A DNA stretch of 64,000 nucleotides from Escherichia coli (lineage in GTDB: Bacteria > Pseudomonadota > Gammaproteobacteria > Enterobacterales > Enterobacteriaceae), in assembly GCF_003334405.1 (NCBI RefSeq), contig NZ_QOWM01000004.1. The stretch is one strand, 5' to 3'. Positions 47,973 to 58,835 of the stretch are shown here, in pieces. The notes beneath the pieces were generated by a model, which had not been told where the DNA came from, ran no database searches, and worked only from the letters and a program-made list of their open reading frames with translations. Position numbers and translations under genes: made by a program. Within the stretch, counting starts at the first letter, position 1. Every line of letters starts with the position of its first letter.

Positions 47973-49298
47973 TTAACCTCTCAGAATCCCGCGATCGGGA
48001 CTTACCCAACGGGCGCGTTGCTTTTTAGGCATCAACATGACTCGTGTAAATGATACCAATGTCGTTGCCAGGCTCAGCATCCAGAAAATAACCGGGAACC
48101 AAATAATCCAGAAAAGCGATGAAGTCAGATTATGCTCATAGCGATTCTCGATCATCAGGCTGACAATAAATTGCAGTAAACATAACGTACACAATAATAT
48201 TCCGGCAGTATGTGTCGCAGCGATATGTGTCAATTCAATATTTAACGGTACACCGGCAAGTTGGACTGCGTAAATAATGAAACCGACCAGGCAGGTGAAG
48301 GCCCATATTGTCGTCAGGCAGTATTCAAAAAACAGCGGCCACATTCGAAAGTTTTCTTTGCGCCACAACCTTGTCATATTTTTGAGGAATACTTCTGCAC
48401 CGCCCTGAGCCCAGCGCAGGCGCTGTTTCCACAGCCCTTTTAACGTTTCAGGCATTAATATCCAGCACAGTGCCCGTGGCTCGTAAAAAATCGTCCACTG
48501 ATTCAACTGCAGCTTCCAGCTAATATCAATATCTTCGGTGATCATATCGTCACTCCAGTAACCCACTTCTGCCAGGGCGCTGCGACGAAATGCGGCAATA
48601 ACACCGGAAACGGTAAATACGTTTCCATAGATACGCTGGGTTCGCTTGATCAAACCAATAATTGAGGAATACTCGCCAACCTGAATTTTACCCACCAGGG
48701 TAGAACGTGTTCGAATACGAGGATTACCGGTTACGGCACCCACACGCGGGTTGTACAACATCGGTTCCACAATATATGCCGCCGCATCGCGGTCTAATAA
48801 CGCATCGCCATCAATGCACACCAGATATTCACTTTTCGCCGCGGCAGCTCCGGTTTTAAGCGCAATGGCTTTCCCCTGGTTTTGCGCCAGATGAATGACC
48901 CGCAAATGGGGAATTTGTGCAGCCATGCGATCCAGGATGGCACGGGTTTTATCTGTTGAACCGTCATTTACGGCAATAACTTCAATGTTCTCATAACGCT
49001 GTGCTAAAGCGGCGTGTATGGTTTCCTCAACGTTTTTCTCCTCATTAAAACAGGGAATGATAATGGAGATAGACGGATTATCTTTCAACTGGGGAGCTGG
49101 TGCGTTTTCTCCCCACGGCCAGTGGCGTTCACGATAGACCCAGAAATAGACGCCGCCAACAATCCACATAATGGACATAAAAAACGGCCAGAAGAAAACG
49201 AACCTCATCATCAGTTCACCAGAGTGAAAGTACGCTACGCATAGGGGTATGCATAACACCAGACATAATATAAAAAACGATACGATGCGATTAATCAT
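47973..49298 (-). CDS. pgaC: Poly-beta-1,6-N-acetylglucosamine synthase (GT2 glycosyltransferase)
   Basis: Track ORF of 441 aa; GT2 motifs ([13 protein letters not shown] QxxRW). Confidence 0.95.
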
Positions 49299-51309
49299 TT
49301 TTCGGATACCAGGCTGTTGAAAACTCAGGACGAATAAGGTCTATTTCAGGTTGGTTATGCAGAAAATTGTCGGGATAATAACCATAGTTTTTCACTCCAT
49401 TCAGTTGTAATAGGCTCATCCAGTGAGCGAGTTGTTGCGAAGAAATAGCCTGATGCTGACCATTTTTCTGCCAGTTTTGTGCCTGTAATTCTAAAATAGA
49501 TTTGTCTTTAGCCTGAGGGATGTTTTTAATTTGATTGGTCAATTGTATTAACCATTGGTCAGCCGATTTTTCTGCGACACCTTCCAGATAAGGCATAGCC
49601 ATAATAGCGGTCCAGTCATAGCTTTTTAGGAAATCAGCATAATTCTGTGCAAACCAGGCTTCACTTTCAGGTTGTATTACCGGAAGTGCAAAAATATTTC
49701 GTGCAGTTTTAATATGTGGACCGCGAATGGCTTTTACGCGCGCACTAAGTTCTAAAGTGAAGTCAGTTAACGCACGACTTTTAAAGCGGGCCCACTGTTT
49801 AAATTGCTCCGGGTTTTGTCGAATTTCGCTCAGACTCCCGCTAAAGCCTGCTTGCTGATAAGCCGTGATAGCCGGTGCACTGGCATCTTCATAATCTGAA
49901 AGCAAAGCATCATCGTGGAACAATATGCCATCAAAAGCAGCATGTCCGGCAAGATCTTCATATAACATGCCAACTTGTGCTCTGACTCTGTCATCGAAAG
50001 GAGAGAGACGGTGATATTGTTCAGGATGAATTTGTGCTTTTTTCTCCCCTGTTGGTAAGTATTTTACTCGCGTTAATGTGGGATCTAAATCCCAGCTTAA
50101 TACCGGCATCCACGCATAGATGTTTACACCTGAGCGGGTACGTAATTGCCAGGCAACCCGACTAAAAATATCTGCTTTCATTGGTAGCAAACGATTTGGA
50201 AACCAGACCTCTTTGACCAGCCCATCACCATCGGGATCAGCAAATGCCTGCAAATACACGGTTGATATTTGCATATCTTTCACCCGCTGAATTAGCACAT
50301 CAATATTGCGATCCATTTGCTGGAGGTTTTCGTCATAAACGTAATCAAGATCGATATGCATTATCCGTTGTGGTGATTTTTCCTGTACGGTAATAATTTG
50401 CTGGGCAAACTCTTTTAATGAGGGATTATTGGCGATTAATACCCGCGGAATGGAATCCAATTGCGACGCATTTGCCAAACCTGATTCAAGGGTGAAGAAC
50501 ATGTCATAACCGATTTTTTTTAATTCCTCTATCGCTATGCCATTCGCTTCGCCATAAGGCCAAACAAAAACGTGTGGATTTACCTCAACCTTTGTACGCA
50601 GGTATTCCGTCATTTTTACAGCATCCAGACGAATTCTTTCCCGGTATTCTGCTGCGGTTTCATACCGTGCGTGGTCAGTAAAATATGCACGATTTACATA
50701 TACAGGCAATAAGCTGCCGGTGGCATTAGCCTGAATACCGTAGTGAGAATTCCATGTATGAGAAGCGAGCTCAACGAGCCGGGAACGCGCAACTTCTCGC
50801 ACTTGTTGCCACGTGGCAAAATATTCTCGATCGACCAACTCATCGCCAAATTTTACTTGTTTATCCGCTGGCGTATCGACCCAACTGCCGACGGGGGCCC
50901 ATACAGCAGGCCACTGGAAGGCCTGAAGAATTGGGAAGACGCGGGTATAAAAACTCTGGTAGCCGTCATCAAAAGTCAGCACTACAGCTTTTTCCGGTAG
51001 CGGTTTTCCTCCTCGATGTGCTTCACGAATTTGAGCAATACTGACCGGTTGATAACCGTTCTCGCGCAGCCAGGCAAATTGTTCACGCAGTGCTGATGTC
51101 CGCACTGACATAAAACGCTGGTCGGCAGCTTCGTCTTCAACGTTATGCCATGAAATCGCTACAAAACCATTATGCGGCCACGGTTGCTCGGCGAGTAAAG
51201 ATTCGCGATCCTGTGGCGGTATAAATGATGTTCTTGACTGGCTAATGCACGCGGTGAGCATAATTATACTCACCAGCATCAGGAGATATTTATTTCCATT
51301 ACGTAACAT
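49291..51309 (-). CDS. pgaB: PGA N-deacetylase / export lipoprotein
   Basis: Track ORF of 672 aa; lipoprotein signal LTACISQ; 8-nt overlap with pgaC start. Confidence 0.95.
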
Positions 51310-51317
51310 ATTTATCC

Positions 51318-53741
51318 TTAAAATCTGAATGTCATATCGAATTCAACGTATAAGTTGTGTTCTCTGTCACCGTCATAAGGTCGTTTTTCCCAGCGTAGCG
51401 TTGCGCCAGCATCAATCACGTCATTCCAACTAATGCGTTGCCCGTAGCCGAGTTGGGTGACGACATCCGTGCCATAATGTTTTTGCCAGGAGGCACCAAC
51501 ACCTGCGCTGAATATTTGCTCCCAGCTATTTTCATAGCTTCGCCATAACAAATGGCTTGCCTCAAATGCCGGAACAATATCGAACGTTTTTATAGGGTTG
51601 TAGTATGGGGTATCGTGTTCTGTATTTTGTTCGTAATACAGACTGGGTAGGAAATCGACAATCAAATATGGTGAAGACCAGATGCGTTCCTGACCCTCAA
51701 GTGAGACTTCATGACGCTGGTTACTGTCGGAAAAATCAGTGAAAGCCCAGGAGACACCGTACTTACGCCGCTCATTTTGATACCAGCGAACATAAGCCTG
51801 AGCACTGTTGCCTGTAACACCATTTTTCATTGCCCGTAATGGAACGCGGTGAGAGAGGCGTTCCAGTTGCGAACCAATACGCCAGTTATCATTAAAATCA
51901 TACCAGCCAGACAGGCGCGCGCCGGGTTTATGCTCATGATTGAAAACGCGTTCAGCGTACTCTGCCTCGAGCCAGATATTACGTGACCGCCACTCAACAC
52001 CCGCAAGCCAGTCGCGAACAATCCCTTTTCCTTCGCTAAATTGTCCATCGGCATAACCGAATCCAGCAAAACCGCGCCAGTTATCCTTCAGCGGTGGTGA
52101 ATAAACGATGGTGGTTAAGTCGACATCATGTTTACCACTATCCGGGCCTTCGGCATCAATTCCTGTTGAGCCAGCGATACGAAGCTCTGCAAGATTATGT
52201 ACATCAACCGCACGTTTTAATCGTACAACGCCGGGATCTTGCGGTTCACGTTCGACAACATCGTGCGTTAAGACAGCTGCCTGCTGCCATTCTTGTAACG
52301 TTAATGCTGTCCAGGCTTGTTCAACCTCCAGATTAATATTACGTGGCTCGATCACTTCTGCTTTTTTTAATTCATTTTCTGCTGCACGAGGCCAACCGCG
52401 GGCTTGTAACACACTCGCGTAATCAATGCGCAGTCCCTGATTTCCTGGTGCGTTATAAGCAAGCTCTCTGGCTGTCATTTCAGCCTGAGGAAGATCATTA
52501 CTATATTTTGCTACGGTTGAGAGAAACGAATGCCCCTGTAACCAGGTATCATTCGGGATGCTCGTAGGCGTGCCCATTAACCGAAGGAAAGGCGGCGAAG
52601 TATTAATGGTATGTTGGGTGACAGTTAGCGCGCCCGGATAATTTTCACTCTCCAGGTGGCTGTAAAAGAGATCCGCAAGTTCTTCATCGGATAAATCCGG
52701 GGCAATGGTCTCCTTGTGATAAAAGAGCTCGGTCATTATTGACTGTGCTTTTTTCGGCTGATGATCTTTGAGATAAGCCGATGCAACCCAATATTGCCCC
52801 CAGGGCGGAATAATTTGCCCCGTCTTTTTTAATCGCTGATAGTGAGAAATAACGTCTTTATAACGATCGCGAGTTAATAACGCGCCAAGATGATCAACCT
52901 GAATACGCTGGTACTGGGCAGTGCGGTCTGGGTTATCGTGCCACAGAATTTCTAATGCAGCGTATTGGGCGAGGGCGCGATCGGCAATGGCATAACGTTC
53001 ACTTTCACTGCGCGTAGGCATAAACGACAGTCTGACCAGTTCGGCATGAATATCAGCGCGAATATCTGGCGTTAAATTGGCATCGTCAATCGCGGCAGCA
53101 AGTTGATTATTACGTAATGCCTGCACGTATTCTGTGGGATATTGTTGCGTAGATGCATTTTCAGGTAATGACTCTGTCATCGCCCGTAATTCATCCTGAT
53201 GACGCCCCGCCAGTTTATAGATATAGGCTTCTGCGAGTAAATTGGCTTTGTCCGGTGCTCCAGAGTTAAGCTGCTTAAGTTTAACCAGCGCAGTATCATA
53301 GTGACCAGCATCTGCCAGGGTTAAAATTTGTCCCCGTTGATAATCCTTATTTTGCGGCTCCAGAGAGAGCGCCTTTTGCCACAGTGTAAGCGAGTTTTGC
53401 CATTGTTGCAGGTTACGATAAGCGACGGCGACAGCTGCATAACCACGCGCTGGTAATTGCTGATGACGGTAGCGGTTGTAAACGGTAATAACCTGTTTAT
53501 CTTGCCCGGCCCATAAGGCAATCTGTAACCAGTCAGCAATTTGGTTATTGCTGAGTGCTGATTTTAGTGCAAACCATGACAAAGCTGGCTGAGTATTACC
53601 CTTGCGAGCTTCAATAATCAATGCATCATAGGCGTTATTAACAGCACTCTTCGCCGCGGGACTCGCTGCTAAAAATGCGGCAGTAAGAAGTTTCAAAGCC
53701 CATTTGGTTTTCGGGCACCTTTTTCTGCTACTTGAATACAT
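51318..53741 (-). CDS. pgaA: PGA outer-membrane porin with TPR domain
   Basis: Track ORF of 807 aa with signal peptide. Confidence 0.95.
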   Translation of the reverse strand: MYSSSRKRCPKTKWALKLLTAAFLAASPAAKSAVNNAYDALIIEARKGNTQPALSWFALKSALSNNQIADWLQIALWAGQDKQVITVYNRYRHQQLPARGYAAVAVAYRNLQQWQNSLTLWQKALSLEPQNKDYQRGQILTLADAGHYDTALVKLKQLNSGAPDKANLLAEAYIYKLAGRHQDELRAMTESLPENASTQQYPTEYVQALRNNQLAAAIDDANLTPDIRADIHAELVRLSFMPTRSESERYAIADRALAQYAALEILWHDNPDRTAQYQRIQVDHLGALLTRDRYKDVISHYQRLKKTGQIIPPWGQYWVASAYLKDHQPKKAQSIMTELFYHKETIAPDLSDEELADLFYSHLESENYPGALTVTQHTINTSPPFLRLMGTPTSIPNDTWLQGHSFLSTVAKYSNDLPQAEMTARELAYNAPGNQGLRIDYASVLQARGWPRAAENELKKAEVIEPRNINLEVEQAWTALTLQEWQQAAVLTHDVVEREPQDPGVVRLKRAVDVHNLAELRIAGSTGIDAEGPDSGKHDVDLTTIVYSPPLKDNWRGFAGFGYADGQFSEGKGIVRDWLAGVEWRSRNIWLEAEYAERVFNHEHKPGARLSGWYDFNDNWRIGSQLERLSHRVPLRAMKNGVTGNSAQAYVRWYQNERRKYGVSWAFTDFSDSNQRHEVSLEGQERIWSSPYLIVDFLPSLYYEQNTEHDTPYYNPIKTFDIVPAFEASHLLWRSYENSWEQIFSAGVGASWQKHYGTDVVTQLGYGQRISWNDVIDAGATLRWEKRPYDGDREHNLYVEFDMTFRF

Positions 53742-53975
53742 CCTGTATTACTCCATGTATTGCCAAAATCTCTCTCTGTATCTAATTACAGGTAACTGAA
53801 AAGAAAGATATTTTTGCACCTCATAATCCGTTATTAAACGCGGAAGAGAGACGTGAATTGTTGATGATGAGAAGAAGAAATGATGAGCAGAGTGTCCATA
53901 TAAAATCCTTTTCTCGCCCGAAAATCCATTCCAATGATGAGGATCTTCAGGAATACGGCATAAATCCCAATGCCT
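53742..53975 (-). promoter_or_regulatory. Long untranslated leader of pgaA, proposed CsrA-binding region (extent approximate)
   Basis: More than 500 bp AT-rich non-coding DNA between pgaA and dgcT; GGA within the SD context (minus-strand atacatGGAgtaatacagg); the 234-nt leader length is recalled from the literature. Confidence 0.45.
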
Positions 53976-54327
53976 TTTTCAAAATAAATTAGGATTAAAA
54001 TAATTAAATCAGTAAATTCCGATGCATGATTTCGGATTTTTCGAAAGTCCTGATGAAAGGCTGCGCTACGGCACTCACGGATTTAATTGTTATTCCTAAT
54101 GTATCTATGAATTAATGTTTTATAAGGATTTTCTATAACCATTTATAAGTATTTTCAAGCCTGGCTTGTTGCAAACAATGTATAAAGCACTTAGGCAATA
54201 ATAATTACATTCAGCAACTATCATCATCGGTATTGTTTGTGGGCGGAATTTCATATTGACAACAGTACAGTTCTTATATCTATTAATAATAGAAAGGGAT
54301 CTACAACCTACAGATTGGTGTAGCTTT

Positions 54328-55686
54328 ATGGAAAAAGACTATTTGAGAATTAGTAGTACTGTATTAGTGAGCTTATTGTTTGGGCTTGCTTTGGTTTTGG
54401 TGAATAGTTGGTTTAATCAGCCAGGCGTTGAGGAAGTTGTTCCACGATCAACCTATCTGATGGTAATGATTGCTTTATTTTTTATCGATACTGTTGCATT
54501 TATTTTTATGCAGTTGTATTTCATTTATGACCGTAGGCAATTTTCAAACTGTGTACTTAGTTTGGCTTTTCTGAGTTGTTTGATTTACTTTGTTATAACC
54601 GTCATTATCATTCAGCAAATTATTGAGGAGCGTTTGACAAGCAGTGTTGTCCAAAATGACATTGCAATCTATTATTTGTTTCGTCAGATGAGTTTGTGCA
54701 TATTAATATTTCTGGCATTGGTGAATAAAGTTAGTGAAAACACAAAACAGCGCAATTTATTTTCCAAAAAAATGACTTTGTGCATAAGTTTGTTTTTTGT
54801 TTTTGGGGGGCCGATAGTTGCTCACATACTTTCTAGTCATTATGAGAGCTACAATTTACACATTGCCGAGTTAACCAATGAAAATGGTCAGGTGGTTTGG
54901 AAAGCCTCATATGTTACCATAATGATTTTCATGTGGTTAACCTTGCTTTCGGTTAATCTATACTTTAATGGTTTACGCTATGATATCTGGAATGGAGTGA
55001 CGGTGATTGCTTTTTGTGCCGTACTGTACAATATCTCTCTGTTATTTATGAGCAGGTATAGCGTGTCCACTTGGTATATTAGTCGCACTATTGAAGTAGT
55101 CAGTAAGTTAACCGTTATGGTAATATTTATGTGCCATATATTCAGTGCGCTACGAGTAACAAAGAACATTGCACATCGCGATCCCTTAACCAATATATTT
55201 AACAGAAATTATTTTTTTAATGAACTGACAGTTCAATCAGCATCAGCCCAAAAAACGCCTTATTGCGTCATGATTATGGATATCGACCACTTCAAAAAAG
55301 TCAACGACACCTGGGGGCATCCGGTTGGCGATCAGGTGATAAAAACAGTGGTGAATATCATTGGGAAAAGCATACGACCAGATGACCTTTTAGCGCGCGT
55401 CGGCGGCGAAGAGTTTGGCGTCTTGCTGACGGACATCGATACTGAACGTGCGAAAGCTTTAGCGGAAAGGATTCGGGAAAATGTTGAGCGTTTAACTGGC
55501 GATAATCCTGAATACGCTATACCACAAAAAGTGACGATTAGTATTGGCGCTGTTGTGACTCAGGAAAATGCGTTAAACCCAAATGAGATCTATCGACTGG
55601 CTGATAACGCACTTTACGAGGCGAAAGAGACCGGGCGTAATAAGGTGGTTGTGAGGGATGTGGTGAATTTTTGTGAGTCACCATAA
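54328..55686 (+). CDS. dgcT: Membrane-anchored diguanylate cyclase (GGDEF domain)
   Basis: Track ORF 54256..55686; ATG at 54328 gives 452 aa MEKDYLRISSTVLVSLLFGLAL; GGEEF active-site motif (RVGGEEFGVLL). Confidence 0.9.
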   Translation: MEKDYLRISSTVLVSLLFGLALVLVNSWFNQPGVEEVVPRSTYLMVMIALFFIDTVAFIFMQLYFIYDRRQFSNCVLSLAFLSCLIYFVITVIIIQQIIEERLTSSVVQNDIAIYYLFRQMSLCILIFLALVNKVSENTKQRNLFSKKMTLCISLFFVFGGPIVAHILSSHYESYNLHIAELTNENGQVVWKASYVTIMIFMWLTLLSVNLYFNGLRYDIWNGVTVIAFCAVLYNISLLFMSRYSVSTWYISRTIEVVSKLTVMVIFMCHIFSALRVTKNIAHRDPLTNIFNRNYFFNELTVQSASAQKTPYCVMIMDIDHFKKVNDTWGHPVGDQVIKTVVNIIGKSIRPDDLLARVGGEEFGVLLTDIDTERAKALAERIRENVERLTGDNPEYAIPQKVTISIGAVVTQENALNPNEIYRLADNALYEAKETGRNKVVVRDVVNFCESP

Positions 55687-55726
55687 AGCGGCATTTTGAT
55701 CCTACCCACGTAATATGGACACAGGC

Positions 55727-56593
55727 CTAAGCGAGGTTCTTGTTTTCAAATTGTTCCGGACTGAGGCCGCCACACCAACTGTGCCGCCGCCACCGATTGT
55801 AATCACATTCGATATAATTAAACACCGTTGCCCGCATTATTTCCCGGCTGATAAAGTGTTCTCCATGGATACATTCCACTTTCAGCGAATGAAAGAAGCT
55901 TTCCACGCAGGCATTATCGTAGCAGCAACCTTTTGCGCTCATACTTCCACGCAGATTATGCCGCTTCAGTTGCGCCTGATAATCTGCTGAACAGTACTGG
56001 CCTCCACGGTCCGTGTGAACGATAACGTTCCGGGGCCTCTTACGCCGCCACAGCGCCATCTGCAGGGCATCGCAGGCCAGTTGCGCCGTCATGCGTGGCG
56101 ACATTGACCAGCCAATAACGGCACGTGACCACAGGTCAATGACCACTGCCAGATACAGCCAGCCTTCATCTGTACGTAAGTACGTGATGTCTCCTGCCCA
56201 CTTCTGGTTCGGGCCACTGGCGTAAAAATCCTGCTCCAACAGATTTTCTGACACAGGCAGGCCGTGTGCGCGGTAGCTGACCGGGCTGAACTTCCGGGAG
56301 GCCTTTGCCCTCAGTCCCTGACGGCGCAGGCTTGCCGCCACGGTTTTTACGTTAAAGGGGTAACCCTGAGCACGCAGTTCATCCGTCAGGCGTGGGGCAC
56401 CGTAACGCTGTTTTGACCGGGTAAAAGCCGCGAGGACAACGCTGTCGCAGTGTTGGCGGAACTGCTGACGCGTGCTTATCCTTGTCCGCCGCTGACACCA
56501 CGTATACCAGCCGCTGCGGGCCACCCGGAGCACGCGGCACATTGCTTTGATGCTGAACTCAGCCTGATGTTTTTCAATAAAGACATACTTCAT
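55727..56593 (-). CDS. insF: IS3 transposase OrfB (DDE integrase domain)
   Basis: Track ORF of 288 aa, [30 protein letters not shown]. Confidence 0.93.
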
Positions 56594-56889
56594 TTCAGGC
56601 GCTTCGCGAAGTATGTCGCGGCCTTTTGGAGGATAGCCAGCTCTTCATCCCGTTCTGCCAGCTGGCGTTTGAGACGTGCAATCTCGGTAGACATCTCCAG
56701 TTCACGTTCAGAAGACGTCTGCTGATTTTGCTGTTTACTGCGCCAGTTGTAGAGTTGTGATTCATACAGGCTGAGTTCACGGGCTGCGGCAGTAACACCG
56801 ATGCGTTCAGCAAGCTTCAGGGCTTCACTGCGAAATTCAGGCGAATGCTGTTTACGGGGTTTTTTACTGGTTGATACTGTTTTTGTCAT
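56590..56889 (-). CDS. insE: IS3 transposase OrfA (HTH)
   Basis: Track ORF 56590..56898; ATG at 56889 gives 99 aa [32 protein letters not shown]; 4-nt overlap with orfB typical of programmed -1 frameshifting. Confidence 0.93.
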
Positions 56890-56954
56890 GTGAGTCACCT
56901 CTGACTGAGAGTTTACTCACTTAGCCGCGTGTCCACTATTGCTGGGTAAGATCA

Positions 56955-57298
56955 GTGCCTGGCACACGCGTTTGATGGAAGACGGCGTTCAGGCAATGCG
57001 CGATTATCTTGCCGGACTGGATATCGCTTCGCCAGAGCATCAGGTTCTGATGAACGTAACAGCAAAAAGCGAGGTCGCTCCGTCAATTATCAAAGAAAAT
57101 CTCTCATTACACTTAACTCATACGGTGAAATGGACTGAATCTCTCGATACATTTCTGAATATGCCAACCCCGGTAGCTTTCCTTGAAATAAGTAATAAGC
57201 CCTATTTGGGGAATATGTTAAATGATTTTGCTGGCGTGGATCAGCAACGAGTTATGCATTGTCGTAAAGCATTTAGTGATGCAAAGGTATTCAAATGA
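56955..57298 (+). pseudogene. ymdE: C-terminal fragment of an acyltransferase-like gene (FabD-like), 5' end replaced by IS3
   Basis: Track ORF 56939..57298 begins at a TTG inside the IS3 inverted repeat; the frame continues straight out of the IS end with no upstream N-terminal part after dgcT; stop overlaps ycdU start (ATGA). Confidence 0.65.
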
Positions 57299-58281
57299 TT
57301 CCTGATTATTTAACTTTTATTCGCTTTCAGGATAAACGAAATCTGATATACATTTATGCTATTGGACTTATTCTGATAGGCTTTTATTGGAAGAATGCAG
57401 GGTTTACTTTTCCATCAGAGGATATTGGTGTAGTTAGTGGGATTCTGGCTCTGGTGCTGTATAATTTTATTTTTGATCTCAAGGCGTACTGGGCTTATAA
57501 ATGCGTCACGAAGAATATCGATTTTTCGTGGTTTAAGAAAAAGCAGAACCACAAAATAGAATTATTTCTTACACAACCTCTGGTGGCAGGATTTCTGTCG
57601 TTAATCATGTTGAGTGCAATGAGTTGGGGGCTATACCAGCTTCTACCCTCGTTATATGCGCTGTTCCTGATTTCGTTACTTGGGCCGTTGGTCATCTTTC
57701 TGCTGTTTCGGATGATCCGCACCAGTTATGTCAAGCAGGTCGCTATTTCAGTAGCGAAAAAAGTAAAATATAAAAGTCTGACTCGCTATGTGCTGCTTTC
57801 GGTGTGCATCTCAACGGTTGTTAACCTGCTTACTATCAGCCCGTTGCGTAACAGTGATTCTTTTGTGACAGAGGGGCAGTGGTTAACGTTTAAATCGATA
57901 ATTGCATTGCTCATTCTTTGTGGCGTAGTGTTGGCGATTAATCTGTTTTTTCTGCGCTTCTCCAAGCGGTACGCTTTTCTGGGCAGGCTTTTTTTGCAGG
58001 AAATCGATCTGTTTTTCTCCAGTGAAAATGCGTTGTCGACCTTTTTTGCCAAGCCGCTTTGGCTTCGGTTATTCATATTGCTGGTTATTGAAGTGATGTG
58101 GATTACGCTGGTGTCGGTATTGGCAACGCTTGTAGAATGGCGGATTTGGTTTGAAGCCTATTTTTTACTCTGCTATGTACCGTGCTTAATTTACTATTTT
58201 TTCTATTGTCGATTCCTCTGGCATAACGATTTTATGATGGCATGTGACATGTATTTCCGTTGGGGGCATTTTAATAAGTGA
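57295..58281 (+). CDS. ycdU: Polytopic inner-membrane protein of unknown function
   Basis: Track ORF of 328 aa, [32 protein letters not shown]; multiple hydrophobic segments; AT-rich coding DNA. Confidence 0.9.
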
Positions 58282-58432
58282 GGAAGTGATAGGAAGTGAC
58301 CAGATAATACATATATGTTCTGTACTCTCTTGCGCATTTTGATTGTTGACTGAGTAACCAGACAGTTGATGTGCACGATTTCCCCTCGCCCTAACAGACG
58401 TGGGCGGGGGCACCCGGTGTGTGCAATATACG

Positions 58433-58460
58433 AAAAAAAAGCCCGTACTTTCGTACGAGC
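58433..58460 (-). terminator. Intrinsic terminator copy in repeat unit 1 (minus-strand GCUCGUAC-GAAA-GUACGGGC followed by U8)
   Basis: Hairpin 58441-58460 and A8 on plus strand 58433-58440, read from sequence. Confidence 0.6.
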
Positions 58461-58613
58461 TCTTCTTTAAATATGGCGGTGAGGGGGGGATTGACTCGCT
58501 TCGCTCGCCCTGCGGGCAGCCCGCTCACTGCGTTCACGGTCTGTCCAACTGGCTGTCGCCAGTTGTCGAACCCCGGTCGGGGCTTCTCATCCCCCCGGTG
58601 TGTGCAATATACG

Positions 58614-58641
58614 AAAAAAAAGCCCGTACTTTCGTACGAGC
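58614..58641 (-). terminator. Intrinsic terminator copy in repeat unit 2
   Basis: Identical hairpin plus U8, 181 bp from the unit-1 copy. Confidence 0.6.
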
Positions 58642-58794
58642 TCTTCTTTAAATATGGCGGTGAGGGGGGGATTGACTCGCTTCGCTCGCCCTGCGGGCAG
58701 CCCGCTCACTGCGTTCACGGTCTGTCCAACTGGCTGTCGCCAGTTGTCGAACCCCGGTCGGGGCTTCTCATCCCCCCGGTGTGTGCAATATACG

Positions 58795-58822
58795 AAAAAA
58801 AAGCCCGTACTTTCGTACGAGC
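58795..58822 (-). terminator. Intrinsic terminator of serX (hairpin plus U8, 13 nt after the tRNA CCA end)
   Basis: Hairpin 58803-58822 and A8 on plus strand 58795-58802; GNRA (GAAA) loop. Confidence 0.75.
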
Positions 58823-58835
58823 TCTTCTTTAAATA

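Larger units (their letters stand above)
55697..56954 (-). mobile_element. IS3 insertion sequence (1258 bp) with terminal inverted repeats
   Basis: Ends TGATCCTACCCACGTAATATGGACAC (55697...) and ...GTGTCCACTATTGCTGGGTAAGATCA (...56954); contains orfA/orfB; flanking triplets ttt and gtg do not form a 3-bp target duplication. Confidence 0.93.
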
